32,000 nucleotides of DNA from NCBI RefSeq assembly GCF_000406145.1, contig NZ_CM001976.1:1147263-1179262 (forward strand), read 5' to 3'. Positions within the stretch are counted from its first letter, which is position 1, and each line of letters begins with the position of its first letter. The translations under genes and the position numbers were made by a program. The stretch is from Dickeya dadantii NCPPB 898 (GTDB lineage Bacteria; Pseudomonadota; Gammaproteobacteria; Enterobacterales; Enterobacteriaceae). A model generated the notes under the pieces. It ran no database searches. It was not told the origin of the DNA and saw nothing but the letters and a program-made list of their open reading frames with translations. Of this stretch, positions 1-11,291 are shown one piece after another.

Positions 1-149
1 CGGCGACCGCAGCGGTCGGTATCGTGTTCCTGGTGTTTATCATCGGCCTGATCGGCTACTTCCCGGATACCCGCATTGCGCTGTACGCCGGCATGGTGTG
101 GATTGCGTTGTTGCTGGCAAGCTACGCGCTGCGTCGGCGTCGCGCCTGA
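1..149 (+). CDS. 3' end of an unidentified membrane protein gene (partial, runs off the window start)
   Basis: Frame 3 is open from the window edge to TGA 147-149. The tail ATAAVGIVFLVFIIGLIGYFPDTRIALYAGMVWIALLLASYALRRRRA is two hydrophobic segments plus a basic end. Family is not recognisable from 48 aa. Confidence 0.4.
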   Translation, partial: ATAAVGIVFLVFIIGLIGYFPDTRIALYAGMVWIALLLASYALRRRRA

Positions 150-188
150 GCGCATAACTCTGTATCGCCCGCCGTCGACTGGCGGGCA

Positions 189-216
189 TAAAAAAGCCAG
201 CGGCGAAGCCGCTGGC
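189..216 (-). terminator. Rho-independent terminator downstream of the peroxiredoxin gene
   Basis: 8-bp stem GCCAGCGG/CCGCTGGC (196-203 / 209-216) with a 5-nt loop, followed on the minus strand by a T-run (A-run 190-195 on +). A second GC hairpin GCCCGCC/GGCGGGC at 167-187 may serve the convergent + strand gene. Confidence 0.6.
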
Positions 217-241
217 TGATTACTGATATCGAAAGGATCGA

Positions 242-844
242 TTACAGGTTGCTGGCGTTTTCTTTCAGGTATTTAGCGACGCCGTCCGGAGACGCGCCCA
301 TACCGGCTTTGCCTTTTTCCCACTGAGCCGGGCACACTTCGCCGTGCTCTTCGTGGAACTGCAGCGCGTCAACCATACGCACCATTTCATCGATGTTACG
401 ACCCAGCGGCAGATCGTTCACCACCTGGTGACGCACGATGCCGTTTTTGTCGATCAGGAAAGAACCACGCAGCGCCACGCCGGCTTCCGGGTGTTCAATA
501 CCGTAGGCTTTCTGGATTTCGCGTTTAACGTCAGCGACCATCGCGTATTTCACTTCGCCGATACCGCCGTTCTCGACCGGGGTTTTACGCCAGGCGTTGT
601 GCACGAATTCGGAGTCAAAAGACACACCAACCACTTCAACGCCACGCTTCTTGAACTCTTCGTAGCGGTGATCGAAAGCGATCAGCTCGGACGGGCACAC
701 GAAGGTGAAGTCCATCGGCCAGAAGAAGATCACAGCCGGTTTACCGTTGATGTGCTTTTTCAGATTGAAATTCTCAACGATTTCCCCACTTCCCAGTACG
801 GCAGCGGTAGTGAAGTCGGGGGCAGGACGAGTTACCAGGACCAT
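242..844 (-). CDS. ahpC: Typical 2-Cys peroxiredoxin, 200-aa AhpC/TsaA type
   Basis: Complete ORF with ATG at 844 and AGGAG upstream. Peroxidatic motif FTFVCPSE and resolving-Cys motif EVCPAQW are present. No ahpF partner is adjacent. Confidence 0.9.
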   Translation of the reverse strand: MVLVTRPAPDFTTAAVLGSGEIVENFNLKKHINGKPAVIFFWPMDFTFVCPSELIAFDHRYEEFKKRGVEVVGVSFDSEFVHNAWRKTPVENGGIGEVKYAMVADVKREIQKAYGIEHPEAGVALRGSFLIDKNGIVRHQVVNDLPLGRNIDEMVRMVDALQFHEEHGEVCPAQWEKGKAGMGASPDGVAKYLKENASNL

Positions 845-896
845 AATTACTCCTGTAAATAGCTGTTAATGATAGGTGGATGTAATGAACGCCGTA

Positions 897-984
897 AGTA
901 TAGGTACAGCCTGCCGGTGAATAAAGCGAAAGCGACCAATCAATAAGATAGCTTTTGTCTATCGAATCAATTGATAATTCTTTT
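897..984 (-). promoter_or_regulatory. Candidate promoter (-10 TATACT, 902-897 on minus) and OxyR-like operator for the peroxiredoxin gene
   Basis: 948-984 reads ATAG-n7-CTAT-n7-ATTG-n7-TTTT, which matches 13 of 16 core positions of the OxyR tetranucleotide pattern ATAG-n7-CTAT-n7-ATAG-n7-CTAT. It lies upstream of a TATACT hexamer. Motif match by eye only. Confidence 0.35.
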
Positions 985-992
985 CACTGGCA

Positions 993-1019
993 GATGAACA
1001 GCCTGGCGTGCTGTTCATC
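993..1019 (-). terminator. Hairpin 4 nt downstream of the acpH stop codon
   Basis: 9-bp stem GATGAACAG/CTGTTCATC with a 9-nt loop. There is no clear U-run on the minus strand, so terminator function is uncertain. Confidence 0.3.
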
Positions 1020-1022
1020 GTT

Positions 1023-1628
1023 TTACCGTGCGGCGTCAGCCGGGCCATCAAGCTGACCTGTTTTTGCCAGATGCATCATACGAGGATAGAACTGCCAGAA
1101 TAATGTTTCAAATTGATGGTAGTGACGTTCAATATCGCCGAACGAACCGGAAAGCGCCGCCAGCTTCGGTCGGCGTACCGACATACGGTGCAGCACGTCG
1201 GCGATAAACGGTAGTTCGGCGTAGCGTTCCAGCCAGCGTTCCGGCCACAGGTAATGATTCAGGTTGCGAAAGCGCTCCGGGCTATCGGCCAGGTGGGGCG
1301 CGATCTGCTGCTCGGCATCGGCGACGAAGTGCGTCAGCGGCGTCGCTGGTTCCAGCTCCGGCCAATTGCGCGCCAGAAAATGGTCCCACAGCACATCCAG
1401 CGCGATCGGCGCGACCCGGCGATAGTCGGCGCTGAAATGACGGCAGGCGGCGCGTACTTCCGGCAGGCTGTCGGTTAACACGTCGATGCGTCGGTGCAGA
1501 CGAATACCGGCGACGATGTCAGGCGGGTACAAACTGTCGGGGTTACCGCGCACGAAATCCGCCATCAGGTTTCCGGTCAGCGAGCTTTGCGCCAGCGTGG
1601 CGAGGTGCAGATGCGCGAGAAAATTCAT
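1023..1628 (-). CDS. acpH: Acyl carrier protein phosphodiesterase
   Basis: Collinear with E. coli AcpH from [10 protein letters not shown] onward. I trimmed the 14 N-terminal codons of the 215-aa ORF-track entry to ATG 1628. Confidence 0.9.
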   Translation of the reverse strand: MNFLAHLHLATLAQSSLTGNLMADFVRGNPDSLYPPDIVAGIRLHRRIDVLTDSLPEVRAACRHFSADYRRVAPIALDVLWDHFLARNWPELEPATPLTHFVADAEQQIAPHLADSPERFRNLNHYLWPERWLERYAELPFIADVLHRMSVRRPKLAALSGSFGDIERHYHQFETLFWQFYPRMMHLAKTGQLDGPADAAR

Positions 1629-1789
1629 GGCGTCGGCGCGGTCCTTGAAAGGTGAAGGGGGCGTAATCAATGCGGCAAGTATAGAGGAAGGCGGCGCCCT
1701 GTCCCGCTTATTTCTTGCAGCCGGTCCCGACGGGCTCTAGACTAGGCCGCTTCTTTTGTTCCTCTGTGCCGAAAATTAAGTGAATGGTC

Positions 1790-2857
1790 ATGCGTGTTGC
1801 CGATTTTTCGTTTGAATTGCCTGAGTCTCTGATTGCCCGTTATCCGCAGGCAAAACGCAGCGGTTGCCGCCTGTTGTCGCTGGATGGCCCCACCGGTGCG
1901 CTCACGCACGGCGTGTTTACCGATCTGCTTGATAAGTTGCAGCCGGGCGATCTGCTGGTGTTCAACAATACCCGGGTGATCCCGGCGCGTCTGTTTGGCC
2001 GCAAGGTTAGCGGCGGCAAGCTGGAAGTGCTGGTGGAGCGCATGCTGGATGACAAGCGCGTGTTGGCGCATGTGCGCGCCTCCAAAGCGCCGAAGCCCGG
2101 CACTGAACTGTTGCTTGGCGAAGACGAGAGCGTGAAAGCCACCATGCTGGCGCGTCATGACGCGTTGTTCGAGATTCAGTTTGACGATACGCGCGATGTG
2201 TTGACCATTCTCAATGACATCGGGCATATGCCGCTGCCACCCTATATCGACCGTCCGGATGAAGCGGCGGACCGCGAATTGTACCAGACGGTGTACAGCC
2301 AGCGCCCCGGCGCGGTAGCGGCGCCGACCGCCGGTCTGCATTTTGATGAGCCGCTGCTGGCCGCCCTGAAGGAGAAAGGGGTGGAAATGGCCTTCGTTAC
2401 CCTGCATGTCGGCGCCGGCACATTCCAGCCGGTGCGGGTGGAGTCCATCGAAGATCACATCATGCACGCCGAGTATGCCGAAGTGCCGCAGGCGGTAGTG
2501 GATGCGGTACTGGCCTGCAAGGCGCGCGGCAATCGCGTTATCGCGGTCGGCACGACGTCGGTACGTTCGCTGGAAAGCGCGGCTCAGGCCAGTACCGGCG
2601 AGATTATCGCGCCGTTTTTCGGCGATACCCGCATCTTTATCTATCCCGGCTATCGCTACCGCGTGGTGGATGCGCTGGTGACCAACTTCCACCTGCCGGA
2701 ATCGACGCTGATTATGCTGGTTTCGGCGTTCGCCGGTTACCGCCATACCATGACGGCTTACCAGCAGGCGGTGGAGGAGCAATACCGCTTTTTCAGCTAC
2801 GGGGATGCGATGTTCATCACCCGTAATCCGTCGGCGGAACAGGAGCTGGTGGGGTAA
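1790..2857 (+). CDS. queA: S-adenosylmethionine:tRNA ribosyltransferase-isomerase
   Basis: Full-length similarity to E. coli QueA ([19 protein letters not shown]...[10 protein letters not shown]). Start taken at ATG 1790 as in E. coli; ATG 1784 is equally possible. Confidence 0.95.
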   Translation: MRVADFSFELPESLIARYPQAKRSGCRLLSLDGPTGALTHGVFTDLLDKLQPGDLLVFNNTRVIPARLFGRKVSGGKLEVLVERMLDDKRVLAHVRASKAPKPGTELLLGEDESVKATMLARHDALFEIQFDDTRDVLTILNDIGHMPLPPYIDRPDEAADRELYQTVYSQRPGAVAAPTAGLHFDEPLLAALKEKGVEMAFVTLHVGAGTFQPVRVESIEDHIMHAEYAEVPQAVVDAVLACKARGNRVIAVGTTSVRSLESAAQASTGEIIAPFFGDTRIFIYPGYRYRVVDALVTNFHLPESTLIMLVSAFAGYRHTMTAYQQAVEEQYRFFSYGDAMFITRNPSAEQELVG

Positions 2858-2951
2858 TCCAATCCACTGCCGAACTATTCTCATACCGCAGGCCAGGTTC
2901 TGTGGGTATATCAATAACGTCATCAGACTGTTTTCTGATGCTGGAGGTTAA

Positions 2952-4115
<1,164 letters not shown>

Positions 4116-4185
4116 GCACGTTTGCGTGGCATGAGCGTTTTACCGATCGCTTTTCGTGATGATTTTCGTTTGATGGTTTTTAGTA

Positions 4186-4225
4186 TTGATAACTTTTCGT
4201 GTTGATAACTGTTGTTTTGATAACT
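4186..4225 (+). repeat. Three direct copies of TTGATAACT (4186-4194, 4202-4210, 4217-4225) in the yajC upstream region
   Basis: Exact 9-mers at 16- and 15-bp spacing, preceded by two degenerate TTTTCGT..TGAT units (4151-4177). Function is unknown; this is the expected promoter region of yajC-secDF. Confidence 0.6.
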
Positions 4226-4240
4226 AAAGAGGACATTTAA

Positions 4241-4576
4241 ATGAGTTTTTTCATTTCCGACGCTGTGGCAGCAACCGCAGGTGCTCCGGCTCAAGGAAGC
4301 CCGTACTCTCTGGTGATTATGCTGGCCGTGTTCGGTCTGATTTTTTACTTCATGATCCTGCGCCCTCAGCAAAAACGCGCCAAGGAACACAAAAAGTTGA
4401 TGGATTCGATCAGCAAAGGCGACGAAGTGCTGACCAACGGCGGCCTGGTGGGTCGTGTGACCAAAGTGGCTGATAATGGATTTATCACCATTGCGCTGAA
4501 CGATACCAACGAAGTCGTGATCAAGCGTGACTACGTGACGTCCGTACTGCCGAAGGGTACCATGAAGGCCCTGTAA
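4241..4576 (+). CDS. yajC: Preprotein translocase subunit YajC
   Basis: 111-aa ORF with AGAGGA SD. One N-terminal TM segment followed by the conserved RPQQKR..GDEV..GG..G motif. Sits directly upstream of secDF. Confidence 0.95.
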   Translation: MSFFISDAVAATAGAPAQGSPYSLVIMLAVFGLIFYFMILRPQQKRAKEHKKLMDSISKGDEVLTNGGLVGRVTKVADNGFITIALNDTNEVVIKRDYVTSVLPKGTMKAL

Positions 4577-4604
4577 TTTTTCGACTTTCCCGAAGGGAAC
4601 TACC

Positions 4605-6452
4605 GTGTTAAACCGCTATCCTCTGTGGAAGTACCTGATGCTGATCGTGACGATCGTCATTGGTCTGCTCTACGCACTTCCTAACCTGTATGGTGAGGAT
4701 CCGGCAATTCAGGTCACTGGCGCGCGAGGAACCGCCGCCAGTGAATCTACGCTGGTCCAGATCCAGAATGTTTTGAAAGAACAAAATATCGCCAGCAAGT
4801 CTATTGCGCTGGAAAACGGTGCCATTCTCGCGCGCTTCTCTACGCCGGACGTGCAGCTTCACGCTCGTGAAGTTCTGCTGAACGCGCTGGGCGAGAAATA
4901 TGTGGTCGCGCTCAACCTGGCGCCCGCTACCCCAACCTGGCTGAGAATGCTGGGAGCGGAACCGATGAAACTGGGTCTTGACCTGCGTGGCGGTGTGCAC
5001 TTCCTGATGGAAGTGGATATGGACACCGCGTTAGGCAAGCTGCAGGAGCAGACGATGGATTCCCTGCGCAGCGATCTGCGCGAGAAAGGCATCCAGTATG
5101 CTTCTGTTCGCAAGTCGGACAACTATGGCGTGGACATTCTGTTCCGCGACGGCCAACTGCGTGACGATGCGCTCAATTACCTGACCTCCCGCCATCGCGA
5201 TCTGGTGATTAGCGCCAGCGGCAGCGATACGCTGCGTGCGGTGATGAGCGATGCCCGTCTGCGCGAAGCTCGCGAATATGCGGTGCAGCAGAACATCAAC
5301 ATCCTGCGCAACCGTGTTAACCAGCTCGGCGTAGCCGAACCGCTGGTGCAGCGTCAGGGCGCCGACCGCATCGTGGTGGAACTGCCGGGGATTCAGGACA
5401 CCGCGCGCGCCAAAGAAATTCTGGGCGCGACCGCCACACTGGAGTTCCGTCTGGTCAACAGCAATGTCGATCCTGCCGCGCTGGCCAGCGGCCGTGTGCC
5501 GGGCGACACCGAAGTGATGAATATGCGTGATGGCGGACCGGTGGCGTTGTATAAGCGCGTGATTCTGACCGGCGATCACATTACCGACTCCACCTCCGGC
5601 AACGATGAATACAACCGTCCGCAGGTCAATATCTCGCTGGACAGCGCCGGCGGCAACGCGATGTCCAACTTCACCAAGGACAACATCGGCAAACCGATGG
5701 CGACCCTGTTCGTGGAGTATAAGGATAGCGGCAAGAAAGACGCCAACGGCCGTGCGATTCTGGAAAAACAGGAAGAGGTGATTAACGTCGCCACTATCCA
5801 GTCTCGTCTGGGCAACAGCTTCCGTATTACCGGCATCGACAACCCGAACGAAGCCCGTCAGCTGTCGCTGCTGCTGCGCGCCGGCGCGCTGATTGCGCCG
5901 ATTCAGATTGTGGAAGAACGCACCATCGGCCCAACCCTCGGTATGCAGAACATTACCCAGGGGCTGGAAGCCTGCCTGTGGGGCCTGGTGGTGTCAATCC
6001 TGTTCATGATCTTCTTCTATAAGAAGTTCGGCATGATTGCGACGTCCGCGCTGCTGTTGAACCTGGTGCTGGTTGTCGGCATTATGTCGCTGCTGCCGGG
6101 GGCTACACTGACCATGCCGGGGATTGCGGGCATCGTGTTAACCCTTGCGGTAGCGGTGGACGCCAACGTACTGATTAACGAGCGTATCAAAGAAGAACTG
6201 AGCAACGGACGCACCGTTCAGCAGGCGATTGACGAAGGTTACCGGGGCGCGTTCAGCTCCATCTTCGATGCGAACGTCACGACGCTGATTAAGGTTCTTA
6301 TCCTGTATGCGATCGGTACCGGTTCGATTAAAGGATTTGCGATTACGACCGGTATTGGCGTGGCGACGTCCATGTTTACTGCGATTGTTGGTACCCGTGC
6401 CATCGTAAACCTGCTGTACGGCGGCAAACGCATCAAAAAGCTGTCTATCTGA
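4605..6452 (+). CDS. secD: Protein translocase subunit SecD
   Basis: 615 aa, GTG start. Collinear with E. coli SecD over the full length. Confidence 0.96.
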   Translation: MLNRYPLWKYLMLIVTIVIGLLYALPNLYGEDPAIQVTGARGTAASESTLVQIQNVLKEQNIASKSIALENGAILARFSTPDVQLHAREVLLNALGEKYVVALNLAPATPTWLRMLGAEPMKLGLDLRGGVHFLMEVDMDTALGKLQEQTMDSLRSDLREKGIQYASVRKSDNYGVDILFRDGQLRDDALNYLTSRHRDLVISASGSDTLRAVMSDARLREAREYAVQQNINILRNRVNQLGVAEPLVQRQGADRIVVELPGIQDTARAKEILGATATLEFRLVNSNVDPAALASGRVPGDTEVMNMRDGGPVALYKRVILTGDHITDSTSGNDEYNRPQVNISLDSAGGNAMSNFTKDNIGKPMATLFVEYKDSGKKDANGRAILEKQEEVINVATIQSRLGNSFRITGIDNPNEARQLSLLLRAGALIAPIQIVEERTIGPTLGMQNITQGLEACLWGLVVSILFMIFFYKKFGMIATSALLLNLVLVVGIMSLLPGATLTMPGIAGIVLTLAVAVDANVLINERIKEELSNGRTVQQAIDEGYRGAFSSIFDANVTTLIKVLILYAIGTGSIKGFAITTGIGVATSMFTAIVGTRAIVNLLYGGKRIKKLSI

Positions 6453-6462
6453 GGAGTGCGTT

Positions 6463-7434
6463 GTGGCACAGGAATATACTGTTGAACAATTGAACTACGG
6501 CCGTAAAGTTTATGACTTTATGCGCTGGGACTACTGGGCCTTCGGCTTGTCCGGTCTGCTGTTGCTGCTGTCTATCGTCGTGATGGGCGTGCGCGGCTTC
6601 AACTGGGGGCTGGATTTCACCGGTGGTACGGTTATCGAGATTTCGCTGGAAAAATCCGCGGAGCTGGAGCAGATGCGCGGGGCGCTGGAGAAAGCCGGTT
6701 TTGCCGATCCGCTGGTGCAGAACTTCGGCAGCAGCCGTGACATTATGGTGCGCATGCCGCCTGCTCACGATGAAACCGGCGGTCAGGTGCTGGGCAGCAA
6801 GGTCGTCAGCGTGATCAACGAAGCAACCAGCCAGAATGCCGCGGTTAAACGCATCGAGTTCGTTGGGCCGAGCGTGGGCGCGGATCTGGCGCAGACCGGC
6901 GCCATGGCGTTGCTGGCGGCGTTAATCAGTATTCTGGTTTACGTCGGCTTCCGTTTCGAATGGCGTCTGGCTGCCGGGGTAGTTATCGCGCTGGCGCACG
7001 ACGTGGTTATCACCATGGGCGTGCTGTCGCTGTTCTCGATTGAAATCGACCTGACCACTGTGGCGTCGCTGATGTCGGTCATCGGTTACTCGCTGAACGA
7101 TAGCATCGTGGTTTCTGACCGTATCCGTGAAAACTTCCGTAAGATCCGTCGCGGCACGCCTTACGAGATTTTCAACGTGTCGTTGACCCAAACGCTGCAC
7201 CGGACCTTGATCACGTCGGGTACGACGCTGGTGGTGATCCTGATGCTGTATCTGTTCGGCGGCGCGATGTTGCAGGGGTTCTCGCTGACGATGCTGATCG
7301 GCGTCACCATTGGTACGGCATCTTCCATCTATGTGGCATCGGCACTGGCGCTCAAACTGGGTATGAAGCGCGAGCACATGCTGGTGCAGAAAGTGGAAAA
7401 AGAGGGCGCGGACCAGCCGTCGCTGTTGCCGTAA
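6463..7434 (+). CDS. secF: Protein translocase subunit SecF
   Basis: 323 aa, GTG start ([11 protein letters not shown]...). Collinear with E. coli SecF. Confidence 0.96.
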   Translation: MAQEYTVEQLNYGRKVYDFMRWDYWAFGLSGLLLLLSIVVMGVRGFNWGLDFTGGTVIEISLEKSAELEQMRGALEKAGFADPLVQNFGSSRDIMVRMPPAHDETGGQVLGSKVVSVINEATSQNAAVKRIEFVGPSVGADLAQTGAMALLAALISILVYVGFRFEWRLAAGVVIALAHDVVITMGVLSLFSIEIDLTTVASLMSVIGYSLNDSIVVSDRIRENFRKIRRGTPYEIFNVSLTQTLHRTLITSGTTLVVILMLYLFGGAMLQGFSLTMLIGVTIGTASSIYVASALALKLGMKREHMLVQKVEKEGADQPSLLP

Positions 7435-7467
7435 CCGCTTTTCACCGCCCGGAATTGCAAACATAAA

Positions 7468-7492
7468 CCCCGCCATCTGGCGGGGTTTTTTT
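7468..7492 (+). terminator. Rho-independent terminator of the yajC-secDF operon
   Basis: Stem CCCCGCC/GGCGGGG, loop ATCT, followed by T7. Confidence 0.85.
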
Positions 7493-7522
7493 ACGGTTGG
7501 CGCTATGGGCAATTCAGGGCTG

Positions 7523-8083
7523 TTACTGACTTGGTTCGCTGCGACGTAGCGTCGGGTCCGCCGTCACATCATGCACCCGCACGAAACCGAGCTGCTCCGG
7601 CGTCAGGCCGGAAAGCCGTATCTCTACCGTGACTTCCGAAACCGGCGTTAGCGTTAGTGGGATAGCCAGTAACTGAGTCTGCGTGTCGCCGGTCAACGGC
7701 TCGCCGCTGACCGGATCAAGCGCACCCCAGTCGAGTTGCGCCCGGAAGGCCGGTAACGTCAGCGTGTTCATGGTGCGGATAGTGAGCAGGGCGCGCGTGC
7801 CGTTGGCTTCCGATTCCACCTTGCTGAGTTCCAGGCTTAACTTGCCGATGCTGCTGTCGAGCAATGCCCGATTGTGGGCGGCAGGCAGCAGATAAACGCC
7901 GGAGGTGGAGTTGGCGTTTAACGTATTCTGCTGTTCCAGCGCCACGGCGCGGTCGGTGAGGTCACGTAGTTTCTGGTTAATTTGACCCAGTTCGTTCTGC
8001 ACACGGGTGGTTTGCGGTTGCGCACATCCGGCGAGCAACACCATGACGGATAACATCGGGATAACGCGGCGGTGAAAAATCAT
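7523..8083 (-). CDS. yajI: Lipoprotein, YajI/DUF3251-like
   Basis: Start chosen at ATG 8083 (GGGAGA upstream), which gives MIFHRRVIPMLSVMVLLAGC with lipobox LLAGC. Same position and orientation as E. coli yajI, upstream of nrdR. The family call rests on synteny and the lipoprotein signal. Confidence 0.65.
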   Translation of the reverse strand: MIFHRRVIPMLSVMVLLAGCAQPQTTRVQNELGQINQKLRDLTDRAVALEQQNTLNANSTSGVYLLPAAHNRALLDSSIGKLSLELSKVESEANGTRALLTIRTMNTLTLPAFRAQLDWGALDPVSGEPLTGDTQTQLLAIPLTLTPVSEVTVEIRLSGLTPEQLGFVRVHDVTADPTLRRSEPSQ

Positions 8084-8205
8084 ATCCTGTTTCTCCCTAA
8101 GCCCGTAGCGGGTCATATCGTTATTCAATGTAGTGTCAGTGTATACCGTAAATTAAATGACGTTTTGGGAAAAAAGATAAGCAGAACAGGCTGAATCAAG
8201 AGTGG

Positions 8206-8240
8206 AAAACGAGGGCGCAGCGGTAATCAGCCGCCGCGCC
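8206..8240 (-). terminator. Probable terminator after mgtA
   Basis: 10-bp GC stem with one mismatch (GGCGCAGCGG 8214-8223 / CCGCCGCGCC 8231-8240) and a 7-nt loop. A short T4 run follows on the minus strand. Confidence 0.4.
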
Positions 8241-8248
8241 GGTTGCCG

Positions 8249-10960
8249 TTATTGCCAGCCGTAGCGGCGGGCGAAGAAGCCTTTCATGGTCTGGGTGAGC
8301 AACAGATAACCGCTCAGGATCGCCAGCAGCCACGGGAAGTAGCTTAATGGCAGCGCCTGCAATTGCAGGAAGCCGGCCAGCGGCGAGAACACCAGCCCGA
8401 TGCCGGTCGCCATGATTAACAAGGTCATCACCATTACCGGCCAGGACGGGCGGCTCTGGATGAACGGGATGCGGCGGGTGCGGATCATGTGCACAATCAG
8501 CGTTTGCGACAGCAGGCCTTCAATAAACCAGCCGGACTGGAACAGCGTTTGCGCCTCCAGCGTGTTGGCGTGGAAGAACCACCACATCAGCGCGAAGGTC
8601 AGAACGTCGAAAATCGAGCTGATCGGGCCGAAGAACACCATAAACCGCCCGAGATCGCCGGCATTCCAGCGCTGCGGTTTTTTGACCTGATCGTCGTCCA
8701 CGTTGTCGAACGGGATGGCGATCTGCGAAATATCGTACATCAGGTTCTGGATCAACAGATGCAGCGGCAGCATCGGCAGGAACGGCAGGAAGGCGCTGGC
8801 GATCAGCACGCTGAAGACGTTACCGAAGTTGGAGCTGGCGGTCATCTTGATGTATTTCAGCATGTTGACGAAGGTGCGACGACCTTCGATAACACCTTCT
8901 TCCAGCACCATCAGGCTTTTTTCCAGCAGGATGATATCCGCCGCTTCGCGGGCGATATCCACCGCCGAATCTACCGAAATGCCGATATCCGCCGCCCGCA
9001 GCGCCGGCGCGTCATTGATACCGTCGCCCATGAAACCGACCACATGGCCTTCCGAACGCAGCAGACGCACAATCCGTTCTTTGTGCAGCGGCGTCAGGCG
9101 GGCAAACAGCGTGGTGTCGCGGGCCGCGTGCGCCAGTTGTTCATCGCTCAGGGCGTCGATGTCGCGGCCGGTCAAGACACCGGTCAATTCAATATCCACT
9201 TCGCGACACACCTTGGCGGCCACCAGTTCGCTGTCGCCGGTGAGGATTTTCACCGTCACGCCGTTGTCTTTCAGCGCTTTTAGCGCGGGCGCGGTGCTCT
9301 CTTTCGGTGGATCGAGAAAGGCGATATAACCTTCCAGAATCAGGTCGGATTCATCCACCCGGCCGTAATCCTGACGATCGGCGGGCATCACTTTGCTGGC
9401 GACCGCCACCACGCGCAGCCCCTGACGGTTAAGGTCATCCGTCAGTTGACGGATGCGCGACAGCAGCGGCGCGTCCAGCGGCAACAGTCGCTCGCCGTGA
9501 CGCACCCGGGCGCAGGCGCCAAGGGTTTCTTCCAGCGCACCTTTGCAGATCAGCCAGTGCTCGTTATCGTTTTCCGCTACCACCACCGACATGCGGCGGC
9601 GTTCAAAATCAAACGGGATTTCGTCCACTTTGCGCCAGCGGGACAGGGCGGCCTGTTGTTCCTGCGGCGGGATGCCTTCCAGCACCGCCTGATCCAGCAA
9701 ATTGCGCAGCCCGGTCTGGTAGGCGCTGTTTAGCCAGGCGTGGCACAGCACCCGCTGACTGGCATTGCCAAACGCATCGGTATGGCATTCCAGTACGATT
9801 TTATCCTGCGTCAGCGTGCCGGTCTTATCGGTGCACAGGATATCCATGGCGCCGAAGTTCTGGATAGCATCCAGCCGTTTGACGATCACTTTCTGACGCG
9901 ACAGCTTCACCGCGCCTTTAGCCAGCGTCGAGGTGACGATCATCGGCAGCATTTCCGGCGTCAGGCCGACGGCGACCGACAGGGCGAACAGCGCGGCTTC
10001 CCACCAGTCGCCTTTGGTATAGCCGTTGATAAGCAACACAATTGGCGTCATCACCAGCATGAAACGGATCAGCAGCCAGCTGACGCGGCTGATGCCTTGC
10101 TGAAAGGCGTTGGCTTCGCCGGGCTGCTGCACCACGCGACCGGCCAGTTGGCCGAACCAGGTATTACCGCCGGTGGCAATCACCATCGCCAGCGCGGTGC
10201 CGCTAACCACGTTGGTGCCCATAAAGCAGAGCGTGTCGCATTCCAGCGCCGTCATCTGCTCGCTCTGGCGGCTGTTCGCCACTTTTTCCACCGGCAGCGA
10301 CTCGCCGGTCAGCGATGCCTGGCTGATGAACAGATCGCGGGCCTGCAAGATACGCAGGTCGGCCGGAATCATGTCGCCCGCCGCCAGTTTGACGATATCG
10401 CCCGGCACCAGTAGATCCAGCGGGATATCCTGATAGTCGCTGTAGCCGGTTTGGACATCGCTGCGCAACACGGTCACCTTGTTGCTGACCATCGCTTTAA
10501 GGGCATCGGCGGCTTTGCCGGAGCGCGCTTCCTGAATGAAATTAAGCAGGGTGGAAATCAGCACCATCAGTGCAATGACCAGCGCGGCGGTCAGGTCTTC
10601 CGTGGCGTAAGAAATCAGGCCCAGCAGCGTCAGCAGCAGGTTGAACGGGTTGCGATAGCAACGCCATAAGTGTCGCCACCAGGGTTCAGCTTGCTCGCCG
10701 GGGATACGGTTATCGCCGTGGCGCGCCCGCGCCTGCTCGGCCTCAGCCGGCAGCAACCCTTCCGGATGACTGCTGAATTCCTGATACAAGGCGGCTTCGT
10801 CCAGGCGGGCCAACCGCAGACAGCGTGCCGCCATGACGTCGCTCATGGTCTGGCTGCCGGTCAATTTTCCATCCGGCATCGGGTCGCGCTGGAACAGGCG
10901 GCGCGGTAAATGGTGGCCGAGTTGTGAGAGCCATTGCCGTGTGAGTTGAATAAAACGCAT
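8249..10960 (-). CDS. mgtA: Mg2+-importing P-type ATPase
   Basis: Collinear with E. coli MgtA from MRFIQLTRQWL. Carries TGES, DKTGTLT and MGDGINDAP motifs. Start trimmed to ATG 10960 (GGGAGA 7 nt upstream); the 45 extra codons in the ORF track read into the leader. Confidence 0.93.
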   Translation of the reverse strand: MRFIQLTRQWLSQLGHHLPRRLFQRDPMPDGKLTGSQTMSDVMAARCLRLARLDEAALYQEFSSHPEGLLPAEAEQARARHGDNRIPGEQAEPWWRHLWRCYRNPFNLLLTLLGLISYATEDLTAALVIALMVLISTLLNFIQEARSGKAADALKAMVSNKVTVLRSDVQTGYSDYQDIPLDLLVPGDIVKLAAGDMIPADLRILQARDLFISQASLTGESLPVEKVANSRQSEQMTALECDTLCFMGTNVVSGTALAMVIATGGNTWFGQLAGRVVQQPGEANAFQQGISRVSWLLIRFMLVMTPIVLLINGYTKGDWWEAALFALSVAVGLTPEMLPMIVTSTLAKGAVKLSRQKVIVKRLDAIQNFGAMDILCTDKTGTLTQDKIVLECHTDAFGNASQRVLCHAWLNSAYQTGLRNLLDQAVLEGIPPQEQQAALSRWRKVDEIPFDFERRRMSVVVAENDNEHWLICKGALEETLGACARVRHGERLLPLDAPLLSRIRQLTDDLNRQGLRVVAVASKVMPADRQDYGRVDESDLILEGYIAFLDPPKESTAPALKALKDNGVTVKILTGDSELVAAKVCREVDIELTGVLTGRDIDALSDEQLAHAARDTTLFARLTPLHKERIVRLLRSEGHVVGFMGDGINDAPALRAADIGISVDSAVDIAREAADIILLEKSLMVLEEGVIEGRRTFVNMLKYIKMTASSNFGNVFSVLIASAFLPFLPMLPLHLLIQNLMYDISQIAIPFDNVDDDQVKKPQRWNAGDLGRFMVFFGPISSIFDVLTFALMWWFFHANTLEAQTLFQSGWFIEGLLSQTLIVHMIRTRRIPFIQSRPSWPVMVMTLLIMATGIGLVFSPLAGFLQLQALPLSYFPWLLAILSGYLLLTQTMKGFFARRYGWQ

Positions 10961-11285
10961 ATAAATATCTCCCTGCCGCGGCCAGAAAAAGGCTGCAGCC
11001 TGATAACACGCAGAAGTAATCCGCCTGCGCGTGGCTTGTAACGCAATCAGCAGGGACGATCGGGGCGCCGCTGCCTTGCCTGTGTTAACCGGCAAGACAG
11101 CGTAAAAGCTGACTTACCGGTGAATGACGCTTTGTCCTGGGTGAGGATTAGGGTCAGGTCCCATTGAGGGGGGTCTCCGGTAGTGAAAAAATGCGAAACC
11201 GGGGCGGTTTCCGTTTGATAGCCTGGACATGCTAAGCGGCGGTGGGCAATCCACCCGTCGTTCACAAACAGTATGACCAGAATGC
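10961..11285 (-). promoter_or_regulatory. mgtA 5' leader (Mg2+/proline-sensing type); the 5' end is approximate
   Basis: Contains the mgtL-like ORF. On the minus strand there is a 10-bp hairpin (11071-11100, one G-U pair) 13 nt after the mgtL stop, then a C-rich, G-poor stretch (about 11040-11070). A terminator-like hairpin plus T6 lies at 11186-11211. Confidence 0.6.
11114..11164 (-). CDS. mgtL: Proline-rich leader peptide, MgtL-like (MGPDPNPHPGQSVIHR)
   Basis: 16 codons plus TAA, with GGAGA 9 nt upstream of the ATG. The M-x-P-D-P-x-P-x-P pattern matches Salmonella MgtL (MEPDPTPLP...). Located inside the mgtA leader. Confidence 0.6.
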   Translation of the reverse strand: MGPDPNPHPGQSVIHR

Positions 11286-11291
11286 GGCGTT

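Noticed and set aside
1742-2923. 393-aa ORF on the minus strand covering all of queA. Similar long antisense ORFs occur opposite thiI (19352-20509), yajL (20513-21181), mgtA (8489-9283, 9740-10414), secD/secF (5031-5579, 6922-7512), ribD (11703-12326), dxs (16822-17457), yajR (25059-25607) and cyoC (31002-31616).
   Set aside because: In each case the opposite strand encodes a protein I can align end to end with a well-known E. coli homologue. The antisense translations are low-complexity and Arg/His/Gln-rich with no recognisable motifs. These are typical shadow ORFs of GC-rich coding DNA.
2921-2940. Hairpin CATCAGA-ctgttt-TCTGATG immediately upstream of the tgt Shine-Dalgarno sequence.
   Set aside because: The structure is real, but it is short with no U-run and no evidence of function. 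It is probably an mRNA stability or processing element within the queA-tgt transcript and is not worth a finding.
8249-11095. N-terminally extended ORF-track models: mgtA 948 aa, yajQ 231 aa, nusB 156 aa, xseB 98 aa, cyoD 125 aa, acpH 215 aa, yajI 201 aa.
   Set aside because: Homology to the E. coli proteins begins at internal start codons that have proper Shine-Dalgarno sequences. The extensions read through leaders, promoters or neighbouring genes.
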